A stretch of DNA of 64,000 bases from Callorhinchus milii. Lineage: Eukaryota. This document shows positions 52,805-64,000 of the stretch, one piece after another. The DNA lies in contig NW_024704743.1 of the NCBI RefSeq assembly GCF_018977255.1, positions 85,314,001-85,378,000 of the forward strand, written 5' to 3'. Positions within the stretch are counted from its first letter, which is position 1. Every line of letters starts with the position of its first letter. The notes below the pieces were generated by a model. The model made no database searches. It was not told the DNA's origin and saw only the letters and a list, made by a program, of their open reading frames with translations. Both the position numbers and the translations under genes were made by a program.

Positions 52805-53239
52805 TTACAGGTCTGGCAATGACTCCTCTTTTATCGGTAATACTTGAATCACTAACCTGGAAAGAATCTGGTTACATTTACAAACTCAGTGAAAAGGCAA
52901 GGGAAAGCAAAATAACTTCTCTACAATTCTAAAACAACAACAAATTGCATTTATAAAGCGCCTTTCACCTCAGGAGGGCCGTCAATTCTAACAAACCCTC
53001 TGATTTGGGATTTCCTTTTTTTAAAAAAACAAAATTGGTAAATTGGTCACTCACTTCATGGCCGAGGGTGGGACACTGCTCTGCACAAAATTGGCTGTCA
53101 CATTCACGTAAAAAATAGTCATTACACTTTACAGTGAATCTTCAAAAGACATCCTAACGACATGAAAGGCGTTATCTTGAAATGCAAGGATTATAATAAA
53201 AGATACACAAGTCTTAGAATGAAGTAAATGCAGTGTGAT

Positions 53240-53545
53240 TTACCCAATCCCCAACCCGTTGCCTCCGCTCGACTGGCTCCGGCCTTCTGCATGTCCCTCG
53301 TGCTCGCCGTTCCACCATTGGTGGCCGCGCTTTCAGCCACTAAACCCCGAAACTCCGGAACACTTTTCCTCTATCTCTTGCCCCTTCCTTCCCCATCTTC
53401 AGGTCCCACCTGAAGACCTTCCTGTTCGACCGTGCCTACGGCCACCTCCTCCTCCCCCCGACTGGGAATCATGCTGCAACACTGTCAAGCGCTCTGGAAC
53501 GCTAGCCTGAGTGAGGGGCACTATATAAATGCAAGTTGTTGTTGT
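53240..53545 (+). mobile_element. Diverged L2 LINE 3' fragment of a different subfamily
   Basis: CCACCATTGGTGGCCGCGCTTTCAGCCAC segment and ATAAATGCAAGTTGTTGTTG tail. Confidence 0.65.
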
Positions 53546-53914
53546 GTATGAGCATTTCTTTTGGAGGTCAGGGATAAGACAACATGAACCCATACACACC
53601 TCTTTTTTATATAATAAAACAAACTCTGTGTCGCTTCCTGAGTGAGAGAATCTGGATAGAGACTGCAGTTGGTCGAAACTAAAATTTTGCCAATGGTATT
53701 AAACCAAGACAAGGGGATTGATCAGCTCTAACTTTCTGTTAGTTTGAACATGGATTATTTTACCACAAGTAGTGAGTGACTGGGGCTGAGACTTTGACAA
53801 CGTTTAACAGGGACGTGCATAAACCCTCCTCAGGGAGGAGGATTACGTGNTTTTTTTACAGTACGTTTTGGGGATGGGGGATGGGAGGGGGAGTGTGTAA
53901 AACTTTCATTGCAG

Positions 53915-55971
53915 GTGTCCCTTGAGGAATAAAAATACCACAGGTAAAGTGGTTCAACCGTGGCTAATTGGAACAGTTGGGGAAAGTATAAAATTAAAAG
54001 AAGAGGCTTATAATACTGCCAAAAATAGCAGTAAACCTAAGGATTGGGAGGGCTTCAGAGACCAACAAAGAAAAACTAAGAAACTGATTAGGAGGGAGAA
54101 AATGGATTATGAGGGCAAACTAGCTAGGAACATAAAGACAGACTGCAAGAGTTTTTACAAGTACATAAAGAGGAAGAGACTATCAAAAGTGTATGTGGAT
54201 CCATTACAGGCAGGGACAGGAGGAATTATAATGGGGGATAAAGATATGGCAGTCATTAAACAAATACTTTGCTTCTGTCTTCACATTAGAAGACACTGAA
54301 AACTTACCAAAAATAGAGGGGAACCAAGAAGCTAATGTTAGTGAGCAACTTAGGCAAATTAACTTCAGTAAATAATTAGTACTAGGGAAACTGTTGGGAT
54401 TGAAAAATGATAAATCCCCTGGACCTGATGGCCTACATCCTAGGGTTTTAAAAGAAGTAGCTACTGAGATAGTGGATGCCTTGTTTTTGATCTTCCAAAA
54501 TTCTCTGGATTCTGGAACAGTTCCTATTGATTGGAAGATCGCAAACATAAAACCACTATTTAAGAAGTGTAGGAGAAAGAAGATGGGGAACTATAGACCA
54601 GTTAGTCTGACATCGGTGGTAGGGAAAATTCTAGAGTCCTTAATTAGGGATGTCGTTGTGGGGTACTTAGAAAATCATAACATGATTAGGCAGAGTCAAC
54701 ATGGCTTTACAAAAGGGAAGTCATGCTTAACAAATCTTTTTTTGAGGATGTAACTAGCAGGTTAGATAGGGGGAACCAGTAGATGTAGTATATTTAGATT
54801 TTCAGAAGGCATTCGACAAGGTGGCTTATAAAAGGCTGCTACACAAGATTAGGGCCCATGGAATTAAAGGCAATATATTAGCATGGATCGAAGAGTGGCT
54901 AACGGGAAGAAAACAAAGAGTAGGGATAAACGGGTCCTTCTCAGATTGGCAAGATGTGACTAGTGGAGTGCCGCAAGGATCAGTGCTTGGCCACTATTTA
55001 CAATTTACATAAATGATCTAGACGAGGACATAGAACTTAAAATATCTAAATTCACAGTTGATACTAAGCTAGGTGGGAGAGTAAGCTCTGAGGATGACAC
55101 AAAAAGATTGCAAAGGGATATAGATAGGCTCGGTGAGTGGGCAAGAAGGTGGCAGATGGAATATAATGGGGTGTGAAGTTATTCACCTAGGTAGCAAAAA
55201 GAGAAAAGTAGGTTATTTTCTAGAGGGAGAGAAACTAGATAGTGTTAGTGTTCAGAGGGATTGGGTGTCCTTTATACCAGTCACAAAAAGTTAGTATGCA
55301 GGTACAGCAAGCAACTAGGAAGGCTAATGGTATGTTGGCATTTATTGCAAAAGGGTTAGAATACAAGAGTAGGGAAGTCTTGCTGCAACTGTATAGGGCC
55401 TTGGTGAGACCGCATCTAGTATATTGCGTGCAATTTTGGTCTCCTTATTTAAGAATGGACATACTCACCTTAGATGGGGTGCAGCATAGATTTACTAGGT
55501 TAGTTCCTGGGATGAGGGGGTTGACCTATAAGGATAGGTTGAATAAACTAGGCCTATATTCTCTAGAATATAGAAGAATTAGGGGTGATCTTATAGAAAC
55601 ATAAGATTCTTATGGGGCTTAACAGAGTAGACAGTGCAAGACTACTTCCCCTGGTAGAAGAATCTATAACTAGGGGTCACAGTCTTAAGATTAAGGGTCA
55701 GCCTTTTTGAACAAAGTTGAGGAAACACTTCTTCACTCAGAGGGTAGTGAATTTATGGAATTCTCTACCCCAGAAGGTATGGATACTCAGTCCTTCAACA
55801 TATTCAAGACTGAGGTTGATAGATTTCTTAAGGATAGAGGGATTAGGGATATGGAGATAAGGTGGGCAGATGGAGTTAGGTTAGAAGATCAGCCATGATC
55901 TTACTGAACGGCGGGGCAGGCTCGAGGGGCCGAATGGCCTACTCCTGCTCCTAATTCCTATGTTCCTATGT
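53915..55971 (+). mobile_element. CR1 LINE, 5'-truncated ORF2 (RT), disrupted
   Basis: Motifs KSPGPDGLHPRVLKE, NYRPVSLTSVVGK, QHGFTKGKSCLTN and SGVPQGSVLG; 3' tail GAATGGCCTACTCCTGCTCCTAATTCCTATGTTCCTATG. Confidence 0.95.
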
Positions 55972-56289
55972 AAAGAATCCAATCTGAATATTTTAGTTAA
56001 CTTTGAGCACCAATTTGTTTCAAGTCCTGAAGTGCGCACACTCCAATACCTTCATGACAGAGTTGCAAATGCATTTCTACCACTCTTCTGATTATTGAGC
56101 GGAACTAAGAAAACATTTAGAGTCTTTGCAAAAAGAGTGCTGGGAGAACTCTTCCAAAGGTTCAGTGGGTAAATGCACCATGTAAGAATATAAGAACATA
56201 AGAATTTGCTAGGCGAACGCAGGTCAAGGTCCATCTACTTCACCTTCCACCATCCTGGCAGTCACTTGACATGTCATGTACCGAAATAT

Positions 56290-56610
56290 TGACTTCAAGT
56301 ACAGTAAAGTGCTAGTGAATGACACAGATCCCACCCCTCCGCCCAACACCCCACGTACGTGTGGCATTAGCTGGGCTAGCAGTAAGGGTTCTATGACTAA
56401 ACTGTGGACCCCTGCATTTAGGGAGAAGGGGTAAAAGAGTCTGGTCCTGCTTGCGATCCAGTGATCTCTATTGAAAAGGGCGCAAATTAGTCAGATGACA
56501 TCCCCCATTCGCTGCCAAGGGTGGCTCACACATGGAAGAACAGCCACTCACTTGTCGTAGGCTGCTGACATCCATAAACCAACATCCCAAAGCACTTTCA
56601 AACAAAAAAA
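56290..56610 (+). mobile_element. LF-SINE-like ancient SINE
   Basis: TCCTGCTTGCGATCCAGTGA...GGCTCACACATGGAAGAACAGCCACT resembles the LF-SINE consensus. Confidence 0.5.
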
Positions 56611-57028
56611 AGTTTGCCAAGCACCCAGTGGCCCATAATTAACAATCAGGAATCCTATCTCTTGCACAAGACACCATTGTGAACTGATAAATTAATGGTG
56701 CGACAACTTTCCCTTGTAAACCAAAACAAAAATTTCATTACAACATTACAGTCTCTACTTCCTTCCTCCCCAACCCAAACCACCCCACCCCATTGCATTC
56801 TCAAGAAAAGCTCAAACCATCTTTCAACTTACAAGCAATCCTCCTGCATTATATTTTTTTTAAAAAAAGAAGAAATTCAGAATTAATTTTCAAGAGATTT
56901 CAAAGTGTAGCAGAGAGAGAGAGAGAGAGAGAGAGAAGTGATCCTGATGACCAACTGGTTCACTTTAACCCACTTTTTAAAAAAAACAAGATATTTAAAT
57001 GAATTAAGTTTGCATGAGTCGAAACTTA

Positions 57029-57421
<393 letters not shown>

Positions 57422-57694
57422 GTCTCCTTCTCCCTCCACAGAGCAATGAATTCAGCAAAGCATCAGAGGGTAAGAGCCTGGGTTTGGCTGCTGCTGGGAG
57501 GAGCTGGATTGCCCTGGTCTCTGTCTCTGGCTGGACATGGCTCTTTTTAAGGGAGAAATTGCTGGGCTTTGGCTGCAGGACCTGAATCAGAAGCTGATCT
57601 TCTGAGTGACTGAGTGAGAGAGAGAGAGAGACAGACCAGGATCTGCTCCCAAGAACACGTTCTCGTTTGCTGATGTCACTGAAATATCCGGATT

Positions 57695-57872
57695 TCCTCT
57701 CTCTCTCTCCCTCCCTCCTCTCTCTCTCTCTCTCTCCCTCCTCTCTCTCTCTCCCTCCCTCCCTCCTCTCTCTCTCTCCCTCCCTCCCTCCTCTCTCTCT
57801 CTCTCCCTCCCTCCCTCCTCCCTCTCTCTCCCTCCCTCCTCTCTCTCCCTCCCTCCTCTCTCTCTCTCCCTC
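57695..57872. repeat. Pure C/T polypyrimidine microsatellite tract
   Basis: Uninterrupted (CT)n/(CCCT)n run. Confidence 0.95.
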
Positions 57873-58097
57873 TGTGCCACACCGACAGCTGCAATACACA
57901 AAGGAAGAAAATGCAAAGAGGTGGCAATCATTGCAGGGCCCGGAGGGGAGACACACAGACAGACACACAGACAGACAGAGAAACTACCAGCAGAGCCTTT
58001 CTTTTTAAAGAAAAAGTGTTTGCATTTGTATGGTTTGTAAACCTGGTGTAACCTCCTCACTGACACTATCCAGCCCGCCCCAACCCGCAGTGCTGCC

Positions 58098-58995
58098 CCT
58101 CTCTGCCTGTCTCTCTCCCTGCCTGTCTGTCTCTCTCCCTGCCTGTCTGTCTCTCTCCCTGCCTGTCTCTTTCCCTGCCTGCCTGTCTCTCTCCCTGCCT
58201 GTCTGTGTGCCTGTCTGTCTCTCCCTGCCTGTCTCTCTCCCTGCCTGTCTCTCTCCCTGCCTGTCTCTCTCCCTGCCTGTCTGTCTCTCCCTGCCTGTCT
58301 CTCTCCCTGCCTGTCTCTCTCCCTGCCTGTCTGTCTCTCCCTGCCTGTCTCTCTCCCTGCCTGTCTGTCTCTCCCTGCCTGTCTCTCTCCCTGCCTGTCT
58401 CTCTCCCTGCCTGCCTGTCTCTCCCTGCCTGTCTCTCCCTGCCTGTCTCTCCCTGCCTGTCTGTCTCTCTCCCTGCCTGTCTGTCTCTCTCCCTGCCTGT
58501 CTCTCCCTGTCTGTCTCTCTCCCTGCCTGTCTCTCTCCCTGCCTGTCTCTCTCCCTGCCTGTCTCTCTCCCTGCCTGTCTCTTTCCCTGCCTGCCTGTCT
58601 CTCTCGCTGCCTGCCTCTCCCTGCCTGTCTGTCTCTCCCTGCCTGTCTCTCTCCCTGCCTGCCTGTCTCTCCCTGCCTGTCTCTCCCTGCCTGTCTCTCT
58701 CCCTGCCTGCCTGTCTCTCCCTGCCTGTCTCTCCCTGCCTGTCTCTCTCCCTGTCTGTCTCTCTCTCCCTGCCTGTCTCTCTCTCCCTGCCTGTCTCTCT
58801 CCCTGCCTGTCTCTCCCTGCCTGTCTCTCTCCCTGTCTGTCTCTCTCTCCCTGTCTGTCTCTCTCTCCCTGCCTGTCTCTCCCTGCCTGTCTCTCCCTGC
58901 CTGTCTCTCCCTGCCTGTCTCTCTCTCCCTGCCTGTCTCTCTCTCCCTGCCTGTCTCTCTCCCTGCCTGTCTGTGTCTCTCCCTGCCTGTGCCTC
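58098..58995. repeat. Pyrimidine-rich minisatellite with a variable unit of about 14-20 nt, CCCTGCCTGT(CT)n
   Basis: Directly visible tandem array of about 0.9 kb; it produces the long low-complexity ORFs in the track. Confidence 0.97.
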
Positions 58996-59807
58996 TCTGT
59001 TTGCAGTGAAGGTAGGGACACAGTTGCCAGCCCCCAGGATCCCCTAACAGGAAATATCCATGACTTTCTCCCCCCTGGAGCAGCCTGGAATCACCAGGAC
59101 CACCATAAACACACCCAGACCTCAAGATAAGATTGTAGCAAAGGACAATCTGCCTTCCCCTCTGCACATTATCTCCTGTATTTCCTCTCTTATCTGTACC
59201 TGTGAAACACTGTAACACTTCACAGCAGCTTTTCAGTCTCGCAGAACTTGTCAAAACTTACCCAAATTTCAGATGATCTCTCTTTTGCTCTTCCCCCCCA
59301 ACACAAATCGCACCATAACCTTTTGGCTCCTCCCACACACAAGAAACATATGTTGCAAAGAAAAGATCATTCACCCAATCAAGTGAGCTCCTACAGGACT
59401 ATATATATCTATATATAATATGTATCTATACACAATTCCTATATATATATATCTATACATGGCTCATCTTATTTAACATGCCCAGCAAACATTCTGCCAA
59501 TTTATCACCCAACTCCAAATGAATCAAGTAAAATGATACCCCCCCATCCACTGCACACTCCTCGATCCGGCTTCATAGCCTCATACAATTAGACAGCACA
59601 GAAGGAGGCCATTCGGCCCATCGTGTCTGTGCCGGCTCTTTGAAAAGAGCGATCCAAATCAATCCCGCGCTCTCCCCATGGCCCTGCAAACCTGTCCTCC
59701 GCAAAATAATTTCCGTGTTTGATTTCCGTGTTTCTTACATGTTTTTGTTTATTAAATGTTTCGTTATCTCAGAGACATAGGAACCATTTGTTCTACATCG
59801 TATATCA

Positions 59808-60170
59808 CAACAACAACAAGATTCCATTTATAGAGCGCCTTTCACGTCGGGAGGACGTCCCAAGGCGCTGTACAGTTGGGTCAGGACCCGAGCAGGGGGG
59901 AAATGGTCAGGATAAGGGGAAGGGAGGGAGGGAGCGAAGAGGGGGTAGAGAGTCGAGAGGGGAGCTGAAGGCACGGTCAAAGAGAAAGATCTTGAGACCG
60001 GCCTTGAAGGAGGAAAGGGAGGAAGCGACGAAGGCACTGGGGGATAGAGTTCCAGAGCCTCGGGGCTGAGAGGCTGAAGGCCCGGACACTGACCGTAGGG
60101 CAGTTGGGGTGGGGGATGTGTAGCAGACCGGAGCCCGAGCAACGGAGGGTACGGGCAGGTAGGTAGGGGG
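59808..60170 (-). mobile_element. Young L2 LINE 3' fragment
   Basis: Near-identical reverse complement of about 5670-6030, with a (CAA)n tail at 59808. Confidence 0.85.
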
Positions 60171-61479
60171 ATTTGTATTTGTATAGTGTTTGAATTTCAC
60201 GCATTCTTATTATCCTTGCAACCTTTTTTATTCCAAACCTTTTTTATTCAGGTCTTTTTTCAAGAAATTGATTGACACATATACAGTGAATGTCTATTAT
60301 TCCTGAAGCAAGAGAGAGTGGGGGGGTGGTAGGGGAAGGAGGAAGTGCAAGATGGGAGGAAGAGGAGGAGGTGGGGGAGTTACTTTTCTATTTAAATTCT
60401 GTCTATCATGAAGCTTTTAACACCAGTGTTAATTGCTGGACTTGATGTTAAAAAGCTATAGGGAACCATCATGACGGATTGGGCAGCAGGCAGATTAGGA
60501 ACCAATTACTTAAGTCAGACATTCTTCCATTTCAGCTCTTGCTGCTTTCAGACATAGATATCTGTTCAGTAGTGCCAGCAGCTAGTAGCAGCTCTTCTTA
60601 TCAGAGATTTACTTTCAACTCAGCACAGAGGAGGCTCTTTACTGAGTCCTGGCCTTGAGAACCATTTTCGCAGTCACCTCGGAACCAAGCTACCATTGAT
60701 AACAGTGTTTCACTGCACGAGATTTAAAACGTGTCCAGCATACCAGTCCACAATTTGCTAGACATTCCAGAGGGACAATAAATTGTGGACAATAAATTCT
60801 GCAAATGACATCTTTGGAACCATGGATTTAAATAGTTCAGGAATATACTCAAGTATTTCATCCAGGTCCAAGCCCAGGATCTTGAGCAGCTTTTATGATA
60901 GGATGATTATTATAGGTTTTTTGTGGTTCTACATTGTCTGATCTGGTCAAAGCATGAATAAAGTTAAGCAAGATAAAAATACTTTTCAAGAGCAAGTTCC
61001 AAAAGATTCTTCCAGCTTATTATTGTAGGTTGCTTGTCCAGGGAGCTCAAAATTGCCTCAGCCTCTCATTTTGTCAGCGCCTTGCAGTGTGGAAAGGCCC
61101 ACAGGTACTTGTAAAGATTATCTTGCTGTCTCATCACTTCCTTTCACCATGATCTATCTACCTAAAACTAATGAAATTTTGTGATATGGAAACACATTGT
61201 TCATGTTGTGCTTTATGTTCAATACGCAAGATAACATTTTAAAAACAATTGCTTTTCACATCTCTTTTTACAGAAAATCCTGAGATTGTGTTCATTTATC
61301 TAAGAAATTTCCCAGTAATTGTCAGTCATTTGAAGGATTTGCATTGTAAGAACAAGCATGATGCAGCATATGTTTGATTTATTATCTCTTGGATGCTCAA
61401 CATGAACAATCCCCATATTATAGATAAATGTCTTTATGAAAGTTGTTTCAATATTATTGCAATATAAAAGCAGTGAAGT

Positions 61480-62200
61480 GCTGCTCTAGTAATGGAGTAC
61501 ATTGGTCAAAGTTTATCTGGAAAATTGCATTCAGTTTTAAAAGCATCCAATTTTAGAAAATTTAGCCTGTCCTTGGAGGGTATGCAATGACAATTCACTA
61601 AATGACTACAGCACCTGGTAATAAATGGCTTCAGCTATGATCAGAGCATCAGGAGACTTGGATTATGTTGCTTTGAGCTATGGAAGTTAAGAGGTGATTC
61701 AATAATGTTTCCAATAATGAAGCAATTTGATCAGGATAGATAAGGACAACTCTTCTGTTTGGTTTAAAGTGATCCAATATAAGGGGACTTTGTATGATGA
61801 TTAAGTCTAAGTCAGTTAGAAGCAAGATCAGAAAACATTGCTTCACACACAAAGGATTGTGAGAATGAAGAATGCACTGTCCCAAAAGGCTACATAGACA
61901 GAATCAATTGAGATGTTTAAAAGGGAGTTGGAGGGATATTTGGGAAATATGAGTATTGAAAAAAGGCAGGGAAATGAGATAATAATATTAATATTAATAA
62001 TAATCTTTGAATTTGATATAGAACTTTTCACGTCTTCTGGACATCTCAAAGCTCTTCACAAAATATACTGTAAAGTGAATTGACTTTATATTTGTGGGCG
62101 AAACACAGCAGCCAATTGCGCACAGCAGAGATTTGATAAAAACCAGCAGAACAAATCTGATGGGTTGAATGGCCTACTCATATTCCTATCTGGAATTTGC
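61480..62200 (+). mobile_element. Old CR1 3' fragment interrupted by a SINE tail (about 61980-62130, - strand)
   Basis: Decayed CR1 3' ORF2 and UTR (AAACATTGCTTCACACACAAAGGATTGTGAGAATG; GGGTTGAATGGCCTACTC). Confidence 0.6.
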
Positions 62201-62929
62201 AATGGGACTCTTCTGAATAAGAGTTGATAGCTCAATCATGAGTTAAAGTTAATGATTTTTCCTTGGAGAAATCTATGGTTCAATTAAGCATTTCTGCAAC
62301 TCTCTCATTTTGAGAGCAGTTTTGATTTCAGAGAACAGAGCTGGCAGAAGGCGAAAGAGAGAAGAAGAATGCGGTTAGCAATACAATTCAATGTACACTT
62401 TATATAGTGCCTTTCACGTCGAGAAGATACCTCAAAGAGCTTCACGCTGCTGGCTGGGTACCTGAGTTGGGGGTGGGAGCAGAAGCAGATGTGGAGGGGA
62501 AAGATGACTGAAATCACGATCAAAGAGCTATGTCTTAAGGCGTGTCCTGTATAAGGGGAGGGGTGAAGAGGTGGAAGAAAGTGAAAAAGAGAATTTAGTC
62601 AGCAGAGGTTTAAAAGCAGTAATAGATCAAAGTAATAATGAAATAAATAAAGAAAACACAACTGGCAACAAATGCAAGAGTAAAAGAGAATTCAGATAGC
62701 AGAGGAAGAATGCAGGAAAAGTTAAATGAAGTATGAAGTAATCATGAATTGAGCCGTTTTTAATGTCCTGCATCTGAGGAATTTAATTGTATGATAAATA
62801 AGCATCATTGCTCTCTCTCTTTTAGATATATCACTTAACTGAGAGGTACGCTAAATGTCAACCAAGGAAGAGCAAGGAGGCTGTAGTGCAGGATGCTCAT
62901 CTATAGAGGGAGTTACTGAGACTGCCAGC

Positions 62930-63580
62930 CTGTAGGCCGAGACATTTGGTATCCAGCCGTGCTGGATAAGATCGATAAGGAATCAGATGAGTGTTTGGCT
63001 AAAGTGTAGGAGGAAGCGGTAGAAACAGGTGAGAGCATAGACACCCATAAGTCTGTGTTCTGGCTCTACGAGTGTCTGTTCGTCATGTTCTGGTACACAG
63101 AACAGAATGAAGGGGAATACCCTGAGGAGTGTAAGAAGATTGTGGTGCAACAGGTCGACTGAGGCAAATGAATGGGGTTGCACATGATATCCTTTTGCTG
63201 GCCACTTGAGCATGGCACCGACAAAAGTTCCCCTAATCCTATTATTAGCCCAGTGATCTGAGGGATGTGTTGCATTATTGCAGGTCATGTTAAATGTGCT
63301 GAAAAATGGATAAATGTAGGGAACAGCACAAAGGCAAAGTTGTTGTTTCTGTCCATAAACAATTTGCCTTTTAATGGAGTTGGGATAGGTATTGTGGGAT
63401 CACTTCCTTTTAAAGGTAATTAAGGAATTGGTGTATTCTTACAGTGGTAAACTATGGTTCCAGGTCTCCTGATGCAACAACAATGAGATTGTTTGAAGCC
63501 ATTGAAATTACCAGGGCTTTACTGAAAATATTCTCACGGGTTGAATTCCCTGAAGAGATTCTATCTGACATCTGGACACC
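62930..63580 (+). mobile_element. Decayed Ty3/Gypsy LTR-retrotransposon integrase fragment
   Basis: Manual translation across frameshifts gives AHD..FAGHL, DLRDVLHYCRSC (HHCC zinc finger), LPFNGVGIGIVGSLP, CILTVVNYGSRSPDA and ITRALLKIFSRVEFPEEILSD, matching the rve core pattern PF..VG.DIVGPLP / VVDY.TR.PEA / IFSRVG.P.EILSD. Confidence 0.8.
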
Positions 63581-64000
63581 TGGATGGAGCTAGAGTTGGC
63601 AGAACTGCTTCAAAAGTCAAATGGCCATTGAGGGTGTTTGATGCACTGAAAACAGACATGAAAATTGTGACAAAGTGTTTGTAAATATTCAATGTGTGGA
63701 CATTAACCAAATAATATGGTTCCTATTGTTGATGTGTTCCTCTCCCACAAGGTTCACGGTCCTTACCCCTTCCAAAGCCTCCATGACCAAATAAGTCCAC
63801 CTCATGGATCATGAGTCATTTCAAGCATGACAAATTTCCTCACGGACACTCAACTTTACTTCCGGTTGAGATCTTTGACGCAGAGTAGCTGAGTGTGACG
63901 TTTCTTTAATTTGTTTTTATCTCCTGGGGCCCTCGTGAATTTAAAATCCCAGGCAACCAGTGAGCACCTGTCCTTGTCATTAGACAACACTGGTTTCAAT

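Noticed and set aside
59256..59340. Possible non-coding first exon of PQLC1 ending at a GG|GTAAGT donor (59261)
   Set aside because: Only a donor motif; no promoter or transcript evidence can be read from the sequence.
60412..60457. Small hairpin AGCTTTTAACACCAGT...ACTTGATGTTAAAAAGCT as a pre-miRNA
   Set aside because: Too short and bulged, with no recognisable mature miRNA.

Overview
Vertebrate genomic DNA, most likely a cartilaginous fish; the repeat families suggest a chimaera/holocephalan, which is an inference. The window holds two convergent protein-coding genes. (1) A modulatory ('silent') Kv6-family potassium channel subunit on the + strand, most consistent with KCNG2/Kv6.2: two coding exons, 823-1560 and 9518-10306, 508 aa. 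(2) The PQ-loop transporter SLC66A2/PQLC1 on the - strand: five coding exons, 57030-57238, 52597-52730, a 45-nt microexon at 46769-46813, 37976-38192 and 24980-25187, giving 270 aa with the microexon or 255 aa without. The same neighbour pair is known from human 18q23. The rest is intron and intergenic DNA dense in CR1 and L2 LINE fragments, tRNA-derived SINEs, older Deu-domain and LF-SINE-like elements, a Tc1/mariner-type MITE, a decayed Gypsy integrase and a 0.9 kb minisatellite. Three unexplained structures stand out. First, an old inverted duplication of about 1 kb per arm brackets the pore-encoding terminal exon of KCNG2, and each arm was later interrupted by different insertions. Second, two long inverted CR1 copies bracket PQLC1 coding exon 2. 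Third, a young SINE subfamily has a 3' stem-loop whose loop matches the young L2 LINE, whereas older SINE copies carry a different loop. All alignments were done by eye, so repeat boundaries are approximate.
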